Shown here in pieces: positions 20,743-31,349 of a stretch of 64,000 nucleotides of DNA; the first letter of the stretch is position 1, and every line of letters begins with the position of its first letter. Below the pieces are notes generated by a model. It saw only the letters and a list, made by a program, of their open reading frames with translations, ran no database searches and was not told the origin of the DNA. The translations under genes and the position numbers were made by a program. Source of the stretch: an uncultured Duganella sp. (GTDB lineage: Bacteria; Pseudomonadota; Gammaproteobacteria; Burkholderiales; Burkholderiaceae_D); the NCBI GenBank assembly GCA_963511605.1, contig CAUPJZ010000029.1:10638-74637 (forward strand), in the 5' to 3' direction.

Positions 20743-23525
20743 TGCGACAGGTCCTTGGAACGCTGCTGCTGTTGCTGCTGGCATTGAGCGGACTGGCTTT
20801 TGCCGAAGGTACGCAAGTGAGGTATTTGAGCGGCACGGACAAGGACCACCGTGTCAATTGGGATTTCATGGTCAACGGCGGGCGCAATAGCGGCACGTGG
20901 AAGACCATACCGGTGCCGTCGAACTGGGAGATGGAGGGCTTCGGCACCTACCGCTACTTCGCCGACTGGGGAAAGGACCCCGCGCCGGATACCACCGGCA
21001 TGTACCGCTACAAGTTCGACGTGCCCGCCGACTGGCAGGGCAAGCAAATCGACATCGTGTTCGGCGCAGCGATGACCGATACGCTGGTGAAGATCAACGG
21101 ACAGCCGGCGGGCGCCGTCCACCAGGGCGGTTTCTATGAGTTCCGCTACGATATCTCCAGGTTGCTGAAACCTGGGCAGAGCAACCAGCTGGAGGTGACG
21201 GTCAATCGTTTCTCGGCCAACGAGTCGGTCAACCGCGCCGAGCGTAGCGGCGACTTCTGGCTGTTCAGCGGGATCTACCGGCCGGTGTGGCTGGAAGCCA
21301 AACCGCTGGACAATATCGACCGTATCAGCCTCGATGCGCGCCACAATGGTGACTTCAGCGCCGATGTTTTCCTCGCCGGCCGGCCGGACGGCAAGGTCGT
21401 CGCGCGCGTGACCACTTTGGATGGCAAGGCGCTGGGCAAGGAGATGACGGCACAAGTCGTCGACGGCAAGGCGCAGCTCAAGGGGAATGTCGCCAGGGTG
21501 AAGCCTTGGTCGGCGGAAAATCCACAGCGCTACAAAGTCAACTTCCAGCTGGTCAGCGGCAAGAAGGTGGTGCATGAAGTGAGCAAGACGATCGGCTTCC
21601 GCACCATCGAGCTGCGCCCGCGCGACGGCGTGTACGTCAATGGCTACAAGGTGCGCTTCAAGGGATCGAACCGGCACACGATCTGGCCGACCTCCGGCCG
21701 CGCCAGCAGCAAGGCGCTGAGCTACCAGGACGCGAAGCTGATGAAGGAAATGAATATGAACGCGGTGCGGATGTCCCACTATCCGCCCGACCCGCATTTC
21801 CTCGACGTGGCCGATGAAGTGGGACTGTACGTGATCGACGAGTTGACCGGCTGGCAGAAATTCTACGACACCGATGTTTCGACGCCACTGGTGAAGGAAC
21901 TGGTGACGCGCGATCAGCATCACCCTTCGATTGTCTTCTGGGCCAACGGTAACGAGGGCGGTTTCAATCACGATCTGGACAAGCTGTATCCGGAGTGGGA
22001 TACGCAAAAGCGTCCCGTCATCCATCCGTGGGCGAACTTCGGCGGCATCGATACCGCGCACTATCCGACCTACAACTGCTGCGCGGCGTCGCTGTTCCAT
22101 GGACGCGAGGTCTTCATGCCGACCGAGTTCCTGCATGGCCTGTACGACGGCGGCGCCGGCGCGAGCCTGGACGACTGGTGGAAGGACATGCTTTCCAATC
22201 CGCTCAGCGCCGGGGGCTTCCTTTGGGCGTTCGCAGATGAAGGTATTGTTCGCGACGATAAGAATGGCGCTATCGACGTCGCCGGCAATCTGGCGCCGGA
22301 CGGCATCGTCGGGCCGTATCGCGAGAAGGAGGGCAGCTTCTTCGCCGTCAAGAAGATCTGGACGCCGGTGTACCTGCCGTTGTCGGAAATGGCCTTCCTG
22401 CCGCCCACCTTCGACGGCAAGATCACGCTGGAGAACCGCTACGACATCAGCAATCTGAATCAGGTGAAGTTGAGCTGGCAGTTGGTGAAGTTCGGCAGCG
22501 AGGCGGGCCACAAGGTCGTTGCCAAAGGCAGCGCCAAGGCGCCGGATGTCGCCGCCGGCATGCGCTGCACCACCAGCATCGCCCTGCCGGCCGACTGGGC
22601 GCGGCAGGACGCGTTGTACTTCACGGCGACGGACCGCGATGGCCGCGAAATCTATACCTGGTCGTGGATGATCGCCAGCGCGCAGCAGGTGGCGCAGCGG
22701 ATGCAGCCGGCTGCCGCCGCGTCAGGTGCGGCCACGCTGACGGAAGCGGGCGACGGCTTCCAGTTGCAGGCCGGCGCGCTGAATGCCGTTATCGACAAGA
22801 GCACCGGCTATCTGCGCTCGCTGAAGAAAGGCGACACCGTGGTGCCGTTGACGAATGGCCCGCGTCTGGTGGCGGGGACGGCTACCTTGAAGAGCATCGC
22901 CGCACGCCGGGATGGCAACGATGTGGTGGTGCAGGCGGAATACACGGGGAACCTGCGCAAGGTGAACTGGCGTTTGAATGCGGCCGGCACGTTGAGCGTG
23001 CACTACGCGTACGGCATGGAGGGCGGCAAGCCCGCCGATGCATTGGGCGTGACCTTCGATTATCCGGATGCGCAAGTGCAGTCGATGCGCTGGCTGGGAC
23101 GCGGTCCTTATCGCGTGTGGAAGAACCGCACGCAGGGCGTGGAGTTCGACGTGTGGCAGAAGGATTACAACGACACCATCACCGGCCTGTCGTGGAATTA
23201 TCCGGAGTTTAAGGGCTTCCATGACAAGGTGTATTGGGCGGAGCTGGCGACGAGGAATCTGCCGATCAGGTTCGTCAACCATAGCGACGACATCGCCTTG
23301 CGGGTGTTCACGCCGAGGGAGGCCAGCGGCGAGGGCTTCGAGCCGAAGGCAACGCATATGGAGTTCCCGCCGGGGGATATCTCGTTCCTGAACGCGATTC
23401 TGCCGATCGGCACCAAGTTCCATCCGCCGCATGAACTGGGACCGTCGGCGCAGCGCGGCCGCACGCCCAACCTGGGGGCGTGGTTCGAGAATACGATCGA
23501 TATCGTGATCGGCGACCGAAAATGA
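20739..23525 (+). CDS. GH2 family glycoside hydrolase (beta-galactosidase-like)
   Basis: ATG overlaps the GH95 stop (ATGA); signal peptide; 'SGIYRPVWL', 'GFRTIE', 'NAVRMSHYP', 'WANGNEGG', '[12 protein letters not shown]'. Confidence 0.88.
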   Translation: MMRQVLGTLLLLLLALSGLAFAEGTQVRYLSGTDKDHRVNWDFMVNGGRNSGTWKTIPVPSNWEMEGFGTYRYFADWGKDPAPDTTGMYRYKFDVPADWQGKQIDIVFGAAMTDTLVKINGQPAGAVHQGGFYEFRYDISRLLKPGQSNQLEVTVNRFSANESVNRAERSGDFWLFSGIYRPVWLEAKPLDNIDRISLDARHNGDFSADVFLAGRPDGKVVARVTTLDGKALGKEMTAQVVDGKAQLKGNVARVKPWSAENPQRYKVNFQLVSGKKVVHEVSKTIGFRTIELRPRDGVYVNGYKVRFKGSNRHTIWPTSGRASSKALSYQDAKLMKEMNMNAVRMSHYPPDPHFLDVADEVGLYVIDELTGWQKFYDTDVSTPLVKELVTRDQHHPSIVFWANGNEGGFNHDLDKLYPEWDTQKRPVIHPWANFGGIDTAHYPTYNCCAASLFHGREVFMPTEFLHGLYDGGAGASLDDWWKDMLSNPLSAGGFLWAFADEGIVRDDKNGAIDVAGNLAPDGIVGPYREKEGSFFAVKKIWTPVYLPLSEMAFLPPTFDGKITLENRYDISNLNQVKLSWQLVKFGSEAGHKVVAKGSAKAPDVAAGMRCTTSIALPADWARQDALYFTATDRDGREIYTWSWMIASAQQVAQRMQPAAAASGAATLTEAGDGFQLQAGALNAVIDKSTGYLRSLKKGDTVVPLTNGPRLVAGTATLKSIAARRDGNDVVVQAEYTGNLRKVNWRLNAAGTLSVHYAYGMEGGKPADALGVTFDYPDAQVQSMRWLGRGPYRVWKNRTQGVEFDVWQKDYNDTITGLSWNYPEFKGFHDKVYWAELATRNLPIRFVNHSDDIALRVFTPREASGEGFEPKATHMEFPPGDISFLNAILPIGTKFHPPHELGPSAQRGRTPNLGAWFENTIDIVIGDRK

Positions 23526-23537
23526 CAGCGGTCGGAC

Positions 23538-23635
23538 CACGTAGGGCGGATTAGCGAAGCGTAATCGGCCATCGGTGAGCCGCCAACGGCGCGCAGATGG
23601 CCGATTACGGCGTGCCGCCTAATCCGCCCTACGTG
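23538..23635. repeat. REPIN
   Basis: Inverted GTAG REP pair (GAA and GCA triloops) between convergent genes; its right end abuts the stop codon at 23636. Confidence 0.9.
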
Positions 23636-24505
23636 TCACAAGGTCTTTGAAAGCCACGCGGCAGTGATGTCGATCACCCGCCTGGCCGCCGGGCTGTTGG
23701 CCTCGAACACGTTGAACACGTGATCCGCTCCATCGATCATCTCCGCCTGCGCCGGTTTGCCCGGCGCGATCCGGATCAAGTCGAAATCCCTCTGCGGCAG
23801 ATAATCCTTGCTGCCCCGGACCGTCAAGAACGCGCCCCGGTATCCCGCCAGCGCCTTGTCCAGATCCACACCCTTGAAGCTCTCGTAGAACTCGCGCTTG
23901 GTGGTGATGGTCTTCCAGCCCGGTATCACCTCCGAGGCGACGCCATCCCGGACCGCCTTTTGCGGCGTCGGCTTCGACATGAAGTACTTATACAAATCGC
24001 CGCTGGGCGTCGACCACACCACCATGCTGCGGAACCATTCCGGGTGCTTGCTGCCCACCACCATCGCGGTGGCGCCGCCCAAACTCCACCCCAGCACCGC
24101 GCTGTGCGCGATCTTGACGCCGGCCTGCTTTTGCAGGAACGCATACGCCGCCTCGGTGTCCGCGACCCGCGTGTCGAGCGTCGAATCGATGTCGCTGCGC
24201 ATGCGGCCACCCTCGCCACGGAAGTTGATCCGCAACGAGGCGATCCCGATTTCCGCCAGCCGCGTGGACATGCGCTTGCTCAGGTCTCCGGCGCCATTCA
24301 GGTCGTCGGCGAAACCGTGCAGCATCAGCACCGTGCGGCCATCCCAGGCGCCATCGGGCGTGACCCATTCTCCGGTGACCTCCGGCGCCACCGTCACCGG
24401 CTTGACGGCGGCATGCGACAGGGCGGCAATGCCGCTAAACGCCAGTGCCAGCAGGCCGCGTTGAATGAGCGGGGACACACCGCGCGATGGGAGATTGGTT
24501 TGCAT
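23636..24505 (-). CDS. Secreted alpha/beta-fold hydrolase
   Basis: Signal peptide; 'LMLHGF', nucleophile elbow GWSLG, acid 'GSKD', His 'ADHVF'. Confidence 0.8.
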   Translation of the reverse strand: MQTNLPSRGVSPLIQRGLLALAFSGIAALSHAAVKPVTVAPEVTGEWVTPDGAWDGRTVLMLHGFADDLNGAGDLSKRMSTRLAEIGIASLRINFRGEGGRMRSDIDSTLDTRVADTEAAYAFLQKQAGVKIAHSAVLGWSLGGATAMVVGSKHPEWFRSMVVWSTPSGDLYKYFMSKPTPQKAVRDGVASEVIPGWKTITTKREFYESFKGVDLDKALAGYRGAFLTVRGSKDYLPQRDFDLIRIAPGKPAQAEMIDGADHVFNVFEANSPAARRVIDITAAWLSKTL

Positions 24506-24506
24506 G

Positions 24507-25286
24507 TCAGCCTTGGGTCAGGTCTTCGCCGCGCAGGAAGGCGGCAATGGTGGGGTTGATCGCGTCGCCGTGGGTGATCGGTCCCATATGGCCGCCGCGC
24601 GTCTGCAGCGCGCGTGCGTCGGGCAGCGCGGCCGCCAGTTGCGCGGCCAGCGATCGCGTCGAGGCGGGACTGTGCTGGCCGGACAGCACCAGCGCCGGCA
24701 TCGTCAGCACGGCCAGATCGGCCAGGGAGACCGGCTCGCCCAGCAGCGCCTGGAAGTCCAGCTTGACCTTTGCGATCTGCGCGATCATCTTGTCCTGGGC
24801 CGATGCCGGCGCGGCGTCGAACGCGCCCGGACGGTTCCAGTAGTCGATGAAGACGCGGGTGGCGTCGCGGTCGGAGGCGCATGCCATGATGCCGCCGACG
24901 ACGGTGACGATTTCCACCCGCGCGGCGTCCTGCTCCGGCAGCAGGTGGAAGGCGACCGGCTCGAACAATGCCAACGTGCGCACGCGCTGCGGCATGCGGC
25001 GCGCCAGGTGCAGCGCGGCGACGCCGCCGAACGAGTGGCCGACCAGGTGGAACCCTTCGGCCGGCGCCAGCCGGGCGGCGATGGCTTCGGCGAGGGCGTC
25101 CGCTTCGTGGGCCAGCGTATGGGTGTATGCTTCGCCCTGGCCGGCGCCCGGCGGATAGGGCGCGGCGCCGTAGCCGAGCAAATCGAGCGGGATGCAGCGG
25201 AAATCGGGCGTGAGCAGTTCGACAAGTGTCGCCCATTGGGCCTTGGAACTCATGGAGCTGTGCAGCAGGACGATGGCCGGTTTCAT
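24507..25286 (-). CDS. Alpha/beta-fold hydrolase
   Basis: 'VLLHSS', 'DLLGYG', GHSFG elbow, 'GGHMG'. Confidence 0.85.
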   Translation of the reverse strand: MKPAIVLLHSSMSSKAQWATLVELLTPDFRCIPLDLLGYGAAPYPPGAGQGEAYTHTLAHEADALAEAIAARLAPAEGFHLVGHSFGGVAALHLARRMPQRVRTLALFEPVAFHLLPEQDAARVEIVTVVGGIMACASDRDATRVFIDYWNRPGAFDAAPASAQDKMIAQIAKVKLDFQALLGEPVSLADLAVLTMPALVLSGQHSPASTRSLAAQLAAALPDARALQTRGGHMGPITHGDAINPTIAAFLRGEDLTQG

Positions 25287-25441
25287 AGAGGGCGGGAGAG
25301 CGAAACGAAGCGCCGATTATACCGGTTCGCCCCCTTTTCCTTGAGAAACCGGCGGCCCGCCCGCATTTGGTGTTTGCCACGGGCAAATGTATTTGTACGC
25401 TGGCGTACAGCAGAGAGTCAAGACGAGGGTAAAGTAGAGGG

Positions 25442-26329
25442 ATGGACAATTCAAAAAAAGTCGCCGGTCTGGCCGGCATCGTCAGCGTGCTGTGGATGGG
25501 GTTGACGGCGGCGGTCGCGGCCAACCAGAAACGCCTGCTGTTTAATCCTCTCGGCAGCCGCCGCGAGGTGCTCAAGCCTTACAGCACCGGCCACCGCACG
25601 CGCCCCGTCGTGATCCGCGCGAAGGATGGCACCCGTTTGTCGGGCTGGCTGATGACGCCCCTGGTGGCGGGACAGACGCCGGGCGTCGTCTATTTCGGCG
25701 GCCGCTCGGAGGAGGTGTCGTGGGTGGCGCGCGACGCGGGCAAGCTGTTTCCCGGCATGGCGGTGCTGGCGGTGAATTATCGCGGCTACGGCGATTCGCA
25801 CGGCGATCCGGCCGAGGCCCACTTCGTCGAGGACGGCCGCATGCTGTTCGACTGGCTCAGCGAGCGCCATCACGTCGATCCGGCGCGCATCGCCGTCGTC
25901 GGCCGCAGCCTCGGTTCCGGCGTGGCGGTGCAGGTGGCGATGGAGCGCGAGGCCAGCGCCATCGTGCTGATCACGCCATACGATTCGATCCTGGCGATCG
26001 CCAAGCGCAAATTCAGGACGCTGCCGGTGGAGTATGTGCTGCGGCATAAATTCGAGTCGGTCAAGTATGCGCACCAGCTCAAGGCGCCGACCTATGTGCT
26101 GCGGGCGGCGTTCGACGACGTGGTGCCGCATTCGCATACCGATCTGCTGGTGCAAAAACTCGGCACCCTGCACGCGGACGAAATCGTGCCCGATTCCGAC
26201 CACATGAACATCCCTTATCTGGAGTCCACGCAGCAGCGCATCGCCAGCTTCCTGGCAGGCCGCTTCAGCCAGCCTGCCCGGCGGCAGCAGGCCGACCCGT
26301 CACCCCAGCCGCCGGTCATGACAGGTTAG
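25442..26329 (+). CDS. Alpha/beta hydrolase (Bem46/YhfR-like), N-terminally anchored
   Basis: 'YFGGRSE', 'NYRGYGDS', GRSLG elbow, 'DDVVP', 'DHMN'. Confidence 0.85.
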   Translation: MDNSKKVAGLAGIVSVLWMGLTAAVAANQKRLLFNPLGSRREVLKPYSTGHRTRPVVIRAKDGTRLSGWLMTPLVAGQTPGVVYFGGRSEEVSWVARDAGKLFPGMAVLAVNYRGYGDSHGDPAEAHFVEDGRMLFDWLSERHHVDPARIAVVGRSLGSGVAVQVAMEREASAIVLITPYDSILAIAKRKFRTLPVEYVLRHKFESVKYAHQLKAPTYVLRAAFDDVVPHSHTDLLVQKLGTLHADEIVPDSDHMNIPYLESTQQRIASFLAGRFSQPARRQQADPSPQPPVMTG

Positions 26330-26459
26330 TTTCGTACCGACTTGTTGTCGGTAGGGACTGTTGTTTAAGAGTAACAATGTGACGTTTACGCCTTACTTTG
26401 GCGCTATCATTGGTTCCGTTTCTGCGCAATCGCAGTATTTCCCTCACAGGACGGACCAG

Positions 26460-28064
26460 ATGTTCCAACTACTAAACAACATTAGTGTTAAACGGCGTCT
26501 CGCCCTGGGCTTCGCCAGCATCCTGCTGCTGGCGCTGATCGCCATCGCGGTCAGCATCATCCGCCTCAATAGCGTGGCGGTCGCCACCCGCCACATGATC
26601 GACGAGCCGATGGCCACCGAGCGCTATCTGCAGGACTGGTACCGCTACATGTTCGCGGCGGTGCCGCGCACCACCGCCATCATTGTCAGCACCGACGCCA
26701 GCCTGGGCGACTATTTCGCCGCCGGCATCAAGGCCTCGTCGGACGCTTCCAGCGCGCTGCAAAAGCAGGTCGAGGCGCACATGGACAGCGACGCCGAGAA
26801 ATCCCTGTTCTCGGAGCTGGGCGCGCGGCGCAAGGCGTTCCTCGGTGCCCGCGACGCCGCCCTGGCCCTCAAGAAGGCCGGCAAGGTCGACGAGGCGCAA
26901 CAGCAAATGCGCGACGTCTACACACCGGCCAGCGTGACGTATCTGGCCACGGCCGAAGCGCTGTTGAAGGAACAGCGCCGCCAGATCGACGAGGCCACCG
27001 CGGAGATCGAGCAAATCAATGTCGCCAGCCGCAACCTGATGGTGGCGCTGGCGGTCGTGATCCTGCTGCTGGGCGGGACGCTGGCTTTCGCGCTGGGCCG
27101 TTCGATCGCGCAACCGCTGGAGCGCGCGGTGGCGCTGGCGCGCCGCGTGGCCGATGGCGACCTGACCTCGCGGGTGGAGAACCAGGCGCGTGACGAAACC
27201 GGCCAGCTGCTCGACGCGCTTGGCCAGATGAACGGCAGCCTGTCGCAGCTGGTCGGCGACGTGCGCCTGTCGACCGACACCATCACCGTGGCGGCGCAGG
27301 AGATCGCGGCCGGCAACGCCGATTTGTCGGCGCGCACCGAAGCGCAGGCCGGCGCGCTGGAGGAAACCGCCAGTTCGATGGAGGAGTTGACCAGCACCGT
27401 GCGGCAGAACGCCGACAGCGCGCGCCACGCCAACGATCTGGTGGTGGCCGCCAGCGGCATCGCCGTGCGCGGCGGCGACGTGGTCGGACAGGTGGTCGAG
27501 ACCATGGGTTCGATCAAGACCAGCTCCAGCAAGATCGTCGACATCATCGGCGTCATCGACGGCATCGCCTTCCAGACCAACATCCTGGCCCTTAACGCCG
27601 CCGTCGAGGCGGCGCGCGCCGGCGAGCAGGGGCGCGGCTTCGCGGTGGTGGCGTCCGAGGTGCGCAACCTGGCGCAGCGCTCGGCGTCGGCGGCCAAGGA
27701 GATCAAGGGATTGATCGACGATTCCGTCGGCAAGGTCGACGAGGGCGGCAGGCTGGTGGACCGTGCCGGCCAGACCATGAGCGAGGTGGTGGCCAGCGTG
27801 CAGAAAGTGGCCGAGATCATGGGCGAGATCACGCAGGCGAGCGAACAGCAAAGCTCGGGCATCGAGCAGGTCAACCGCGCGATCGGTCAGATGGACGAGA
27901 TGACGCAACAGAACGCGGCGCTGGTCGAGCAGGCCGCCGCCGCCGCCGCGAGCATGCGCGAGCAGGCGCAGGCCTTGCTGTCGCAGGTGGGGCGGTTCAC
28001 GGTGGAGGGTGGCGCCGGCGGCGCGGGCGCAGGCAAGCTGTCGACGCGGCTGAGACTGTCCTGA
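26460..28064 (+). CDS. Methyl-accepting chemotaxis protein (4HB sensor, HAMP, signalling domain)
   Basis: Two TMs, HAMP 'ADGDLT...DETGQLL', '[40 protein letters not shown]'. Confidence 0.95.
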   Translation: MFQLLNNISVKRRLALGFASILLLALIAIAVSIIRLNSVAVATRHMIDEPMATERYLQDWYRYMFAAVPRTTAIIVSTDASLGDYFAAGIKASSDASSALQKQVEAHMDSDAEKSLFSELGARRKAFLGARDAALALKKAGKVDEAQQQMRDVYTPASVTYLATAEALLKEQRRQIDEATAEIEQINVASRNLMVALAVVILLLGGTLAFALGRSIAQPLERAVALARRVADGDLTSRVENQARDETGQLLDALGQMNGSLSQLVGDVRLSTDTITVAAQEIAAGNADLSARTEAQAGALEETASSMEELTSTVRQNADSARHANDLVVAASGIAVRGGDVVGQVVETMGSIKTSSSKIVDIIGVIDGIAFQTNILALNAAVEAARAGEQGRGFAVVASEVRNLAQRSASAAKEIKGLIDDSVGKVDEGGRLVDRAGQTMSEVVASVQKVAEIMGEITQASEQQSSGIEQVNRAIGQMDEMTQQNAALVEQAAAAAASMREQAQALLSQVGRFTVEGGAGGAGAGKLSTRLRLS

Positions 28065-28076
28065 TCCATATCCCCT

Positions 28077-28160
28077 TGGGGCGGATTAGCGCAGCGTAAT
28101 CCGCCAGGCTCCGTCGGCGGCTCGTGGCGGATTACGCGCTGCGCGCTAATCCGCCCTACG
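28077..28160. repeat. REPIN (left unit lacks intact GTAG)
   Basis: GGGCGGATTAGCGCAGCGTAATCCGCC ... GGCGGATTACGCGCTGCGCGCTAATCCGCCCTAC. Confidence 0.88.
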
Positions 28161-28201
28161 GGTTTTTGTTATTTGTTAGCCGGATCTCGTTGAGCCGGAT
28201 T

Positions 28202-29596
28202 TCAGGCTGGGTGGCGTTGCGCTGCCGCCGTGCCGCGCGCCGTCAGCTGCTTATGCACGCGCCGTAGTCCCATCCACACGGCCAGAATCACCACCGGCAC
28301 GGCCACGCCCTGCAGGATGTCCGGATTGACCGGCAGGCCGCCGGCCTTCATCGCCTTGCCGGCGTAGCCGATCAATCCCAGCGTGTAGTACGAAATCGCC
28401 ACCGCGGACAATCCCTCGACCGCCTGTTGCAGCCGCAGTTGCTGGGCCGCGCGCGCGTCCAGCGATTGCAGGATCTTGCGGTTCTGGCGTTCCTGTTCGA
28501 TGCCGACGCGGGTGCGCAGCAGGTCGTTGCTGCGGGCGATACGCTTGGCCAGCGCTTCCTGCCGCTGCGAGACCGAGGTGCAGGTGTGGATCGCCGGCGC
28601 CAGCCTGCGGCCCATGAATTCGGCCAGGGTCGGGATGCCGGTCATGCGCACTTCGCGCAGCTCGTGGATGCGCGCCTGCACCAGGCTGAAATACGCCTGC
28701 GACGCGGCGAAGCGGTAGCTGTTGTTGACCGACAGCTTCTCCAGCCGCGCGGCCAGGCTGGTGATACGGTGCAGCAGGTTCTGTTCCTCGTGCGCGTCCG
28801 GGCCGCGCGCGTCCAGCGACTGCGGCATGTCGGCCTGCACCAGGGTCGCGGTCAGGTCGGCCAGCTCGTTTTCGATGCCGTTCAACAGCGGCTGCGAGGC
28901 TTCGGCGTGCGGCAGGCCGAGGAGCGCCATCATGCGGTAGTTCTCGATCTCCAGCAGGCGCCCGACCAGGCGGCCGGCCTGGAATTCGCGCAGGCCCAGG
29001 TCGCGCACGATGAAGCGGCTGAAGCCATCGGGCTGGATCAGGAAGTCGGTCCAGACCTCGGCGCCGCTGCCCACGCTGCTGCCGACCATCGATTTACCTT
29101 GAAACAGCTCGGCGATGGCTTCCTCGTCGGCGCCGGCCGTGTCGCCCTTGCGCAGCACGACGTGCGAGGCGACGATGATTTTCCCGGCCAGCCCGGCCAG
29201 CCATTCCTGCGGCACGTGCTGCAGCGGCATGCGGTCGAACGCCTGGCGGAAGTCCAGTCCCGGCTCGCCGCGCTCGACGAAGGTGTAGGTGGCGAATTCG
29301 GTATGGCATTCCCACTTCAGGCGAAAACGCCCGAAGTCATGGAAGAAGTAGCGCGCCTGCGGATGCGGCCCGGCCACGCCGTAGTGGGTGCACAGCTGCT
29401 GCAAAATCTGGTGCTGCGTGCCGCGATGGTATTTTTGGGAGGGCTGATCCTGCTGCACGTAGAGCGCGAAATGGGTCAGGCTTTCCGGTGCCTGCAATTG
29501 CAGGAAGGGGCGTGAGTGGATCTCCGCCGACAGCGGCACCCGCATCGGGTGGTTCAATTTGGCGAAATCGGCGGTGGCGCGGTAAGCGAGGGACAT
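28202..29596 (-). CDS. DUF3422-family membrane-anchored protein
   Basis: 'EIHSRPF', 'WECHTEFATYTF', 'GRLVGRLLEIENYRMMALLGLP', 'QLRLQQAVEGLSAVAISYY'. Confidence 0.85.
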   Translation of the reverse strand: MSLAYRATADFAKLNHPMRVPLSAEIHSRPFLQLQAPESLTHFALYVQQDQPSQKYHRGTQHQILQQLCTHYGVAGPHPQARYFFHDFGRFRLKWECHTEFATYTFVERGEPGLDFRQAFDRMPLQHVPQEWLAGLAGKIIVASHVVLRKGDTAGADEEAIAELFQGKSMVGSSVGSGAEVWTDFLIQPDGFSRFIVRDLGLREFQAGRLVGRLLEIENYRMMALLGLPHAEASQPLLNGIENELADLTATLVQADMPQSLDARGPDAHEEQNLLHRITSLAARLEKLSVNNSYRFAASQAYFSLVQARIHELREVRMTGIPTLAEFMGRRLAPAIHTCTSVSQRQEALAKRIARSNDLLRTRVGIEQERQNRKILQSLDARAAQQLRLQQAVEGLSAVAISYYTLGLIGYAGKAMKAGGLPVNPDILQGVAVPVVILAVWMGLRRVHKQLTARGTAAAQRHPA

Positions 29597-29768
29597 GACC
29601 TTCTCCGGTGGAACGGTATTATTAGTTATAAAAAGCCGGATTGTTGCAGTGCAGTATAAGCCAGGCGCGGCGCGGCCACAACCGCGCAGTACGCATGGCG
29701 GTCATGCGTAACAGTGATGTTACCGGGGAAAACGCCGCCGGGTGATCACTTTTTTGAGGATTGCGATG

Positions 29769-30800
29769 CTAAGTCGGCGGCGCCTTGGCCGCCAGCGCGT
29801 TGGCCGTCGGCTCGCCGCGCATGAAGGCGGCCAGGTTGGCGAAGGTGACGGCGGCGATTTCGCGCATCGCTTCGATGGTGAAGAAGCCCTGGTGGCCGGT
29901 GACCAGCACATTCGGGAACGTCATCAGCCGCTGGAAGACGTCGTCGTCGATGATGTCGCTCGAATGGTCGTGGAAAAACAGGTCGCTTTCCTGCTCGTAG
30001 ACGTCGATCGCCAGCGCGCCCAAGTGCTTGGACTTGAGCGCGGCGATGACGGCCATCGTGTCGATCAGCGCGCCGCGCGAGGTGTTGACCAGCATCGCGC
30101 CGGGCTTCATCAGCGCCAGGCTGGCGGCGTTGATCATGTGGCGCGTGGCGTCCATCAGCGGGCAATGCAGGGAGACGATGTCCGATTGCGCCAGCAGCTG
30201 TTCCAGTGTGACGCGGGCGGCGATGGCGCCCAGTTGCAGCTGCAACTGCGGCGCCGGATCGCTGACCAGCACCGTGCAGCCGATGCCCTTGAAGATACGG
30301 GCGGCGGCGGTGCCGATCTGGCCGGCGCCGACGATGCCCACGGTCTTGCCGTGCAAGGTCATGCCGAGCAGGCCGTCGAGCGAGAAATTGCCCTCGCGGA
30401 CGCGCGCGTAGGCGCGGTGCGTGTGGCGGTTGAGCGTCATCACCAGCGCCAGCGCGTGTTCGGCCACCGCTTCCGGCGCGTAGGTGGGCACGCGCGCCAT
30501 GAACATGCCGAGCCGCTCGCCGGCTTGTATGTCGACGTTGTTGAAGCCGGCGCAGCGCAGCAGCACGGCGCGCACGCCCAGCGCGTGCAAGGCCTCCATT
30601 ACCTCCGCATCGAGGATATCGTTGACGAAGACGCAGACCACGGCGCAGCCGTGCGCCAGCGGCACCGTGTCGATGGTCAGGCGGTTGGCGAAGTAGACGG
30701 CGTCGATCGGCGACGCCGGCGTGGCTTCCACCGCTTCAAGCCGGGCTTCGTCGAGGAAGCGGCGGTCGTAGGGTTGGGCGCTGTAGACGGCGATTTTCAT
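29769..30800 (-). CDS. ldhA: D-lactate/2-hydroxyacid dehydrogenase
   Basis: 'LRCAGFNNVD', 'VAEHA', 'GIVGAGQIG', 'NTSRGALID', 'DVYEQE', 'TGHQGFFT'. ATG overlaps the DinB stop. Confidence 0.88.
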   Translation of the reverse strand: MKIAVYSAQPYDRRFLDEARLEAVEATPASPIDAVYFANRLTIDTVPLAHGCAVVCVFVNDILDAEVMEALHALGVRAVLLRCAGFNNVDIQAGERLGMFMARVPTYAPEAVAEHALALVMTLNRHTHRAYARVREGNFSLDGLLGMTLHGKTVGIVGAGQIGTAAARIFKGIGCTVLVSDPAPQLQLQLGAIAARVTLEQLLAQSDIVSLHCPLMDATRHMINAASLALMKPGAMLVNTSRGALIDTMAVIAALKSKHLGALAIDVYEQESDLFFHDHSSDIIDDDVFQRLMTFPNVLVTGHQGFFTIEAMREIAAVTFANLAAFMRGEPTANALAAKAPPT

Positions 30801-31345
30801 GAGCTTGTCGGTTCCAGGTCGGGTACCCACAGCAGCAGGTCGGTGACGCCGATGTCGACGCCCGCCTGGGTCAGCAAGGTGCTGGCCTGGCCCCTGTGGT
30901 GGGTCTGGTGATTGAAAAAGTGCGCCAGCACGCTGCCGAAGTGCTTGCGGTAGACGTCTCCCCTGGTGCTGCGGTATTCGAAGCCGTGCGCCAGGTCGGC
31001 GGCGGTGAGCTGCGGCACCCAGGCGCTGATGATGGCGTCCAGTTGTTCGCGGTGGCGGCGCAGGGTGGGCAGGTCGTCGCTGAAGCTGTGCGCCAGCCCG
31101 CCGGGTTGCGGCATCCCGCCCATCGCGGCCAGCGCCGGAAAATTGGCCGGGTGCGTGGCGAAGCGTTTGAGCCAGATGGTGTCGCCCGCCAGCAGGTGGT
31201 TCAAGGTGCCGGCGAGGGAACCGAAGAAGGCTTTGCGGTCCGCCGCCAGTTCGCCCGGCGGCAGTTTGGCCGCCGCAGCGTAAAGGTTGCGGTTCATGTC
31301 GGCGTTATACCTCGCCAGCAGGATGAAATGCTCGGGCGTGTCCAT
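30797..31345 (-). CDS. DinB-family protein
   Basis: 'LARYNADMN', 'FFGSLAGTLNHLL', 'HFFNHQTHHRGQ'. Confidence 0.9.
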   Translation of the reverse strand: MDTPEHFILLARYNADMNRNLYAAAAKLPPGELAADRKAFFGSLAGTLNHLLAGDTIWLKRFATHPANFPALAAMGGMPQPGGLAHSFSDDLPTLRRHREQLDAIISAWVPQLTAADLAHGFEYRSTRGDVYRKHFGSVLAHFFNHQTHHRGQASTLLTQAGVDIGVTDLLLWVPDLEPTSS

Positions 31346-31349
31346 TGGC

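Noticed and set aside
29690-29723. Overlapping palindromes TACGCATG-N5-CATGCGTA and GTAACA-N4-TGTTAC between ldhA and the DUF3422 gene
   Set aside because: Could be an operator or terminator, but there is no second copy and no recognisable consensus to support a call.
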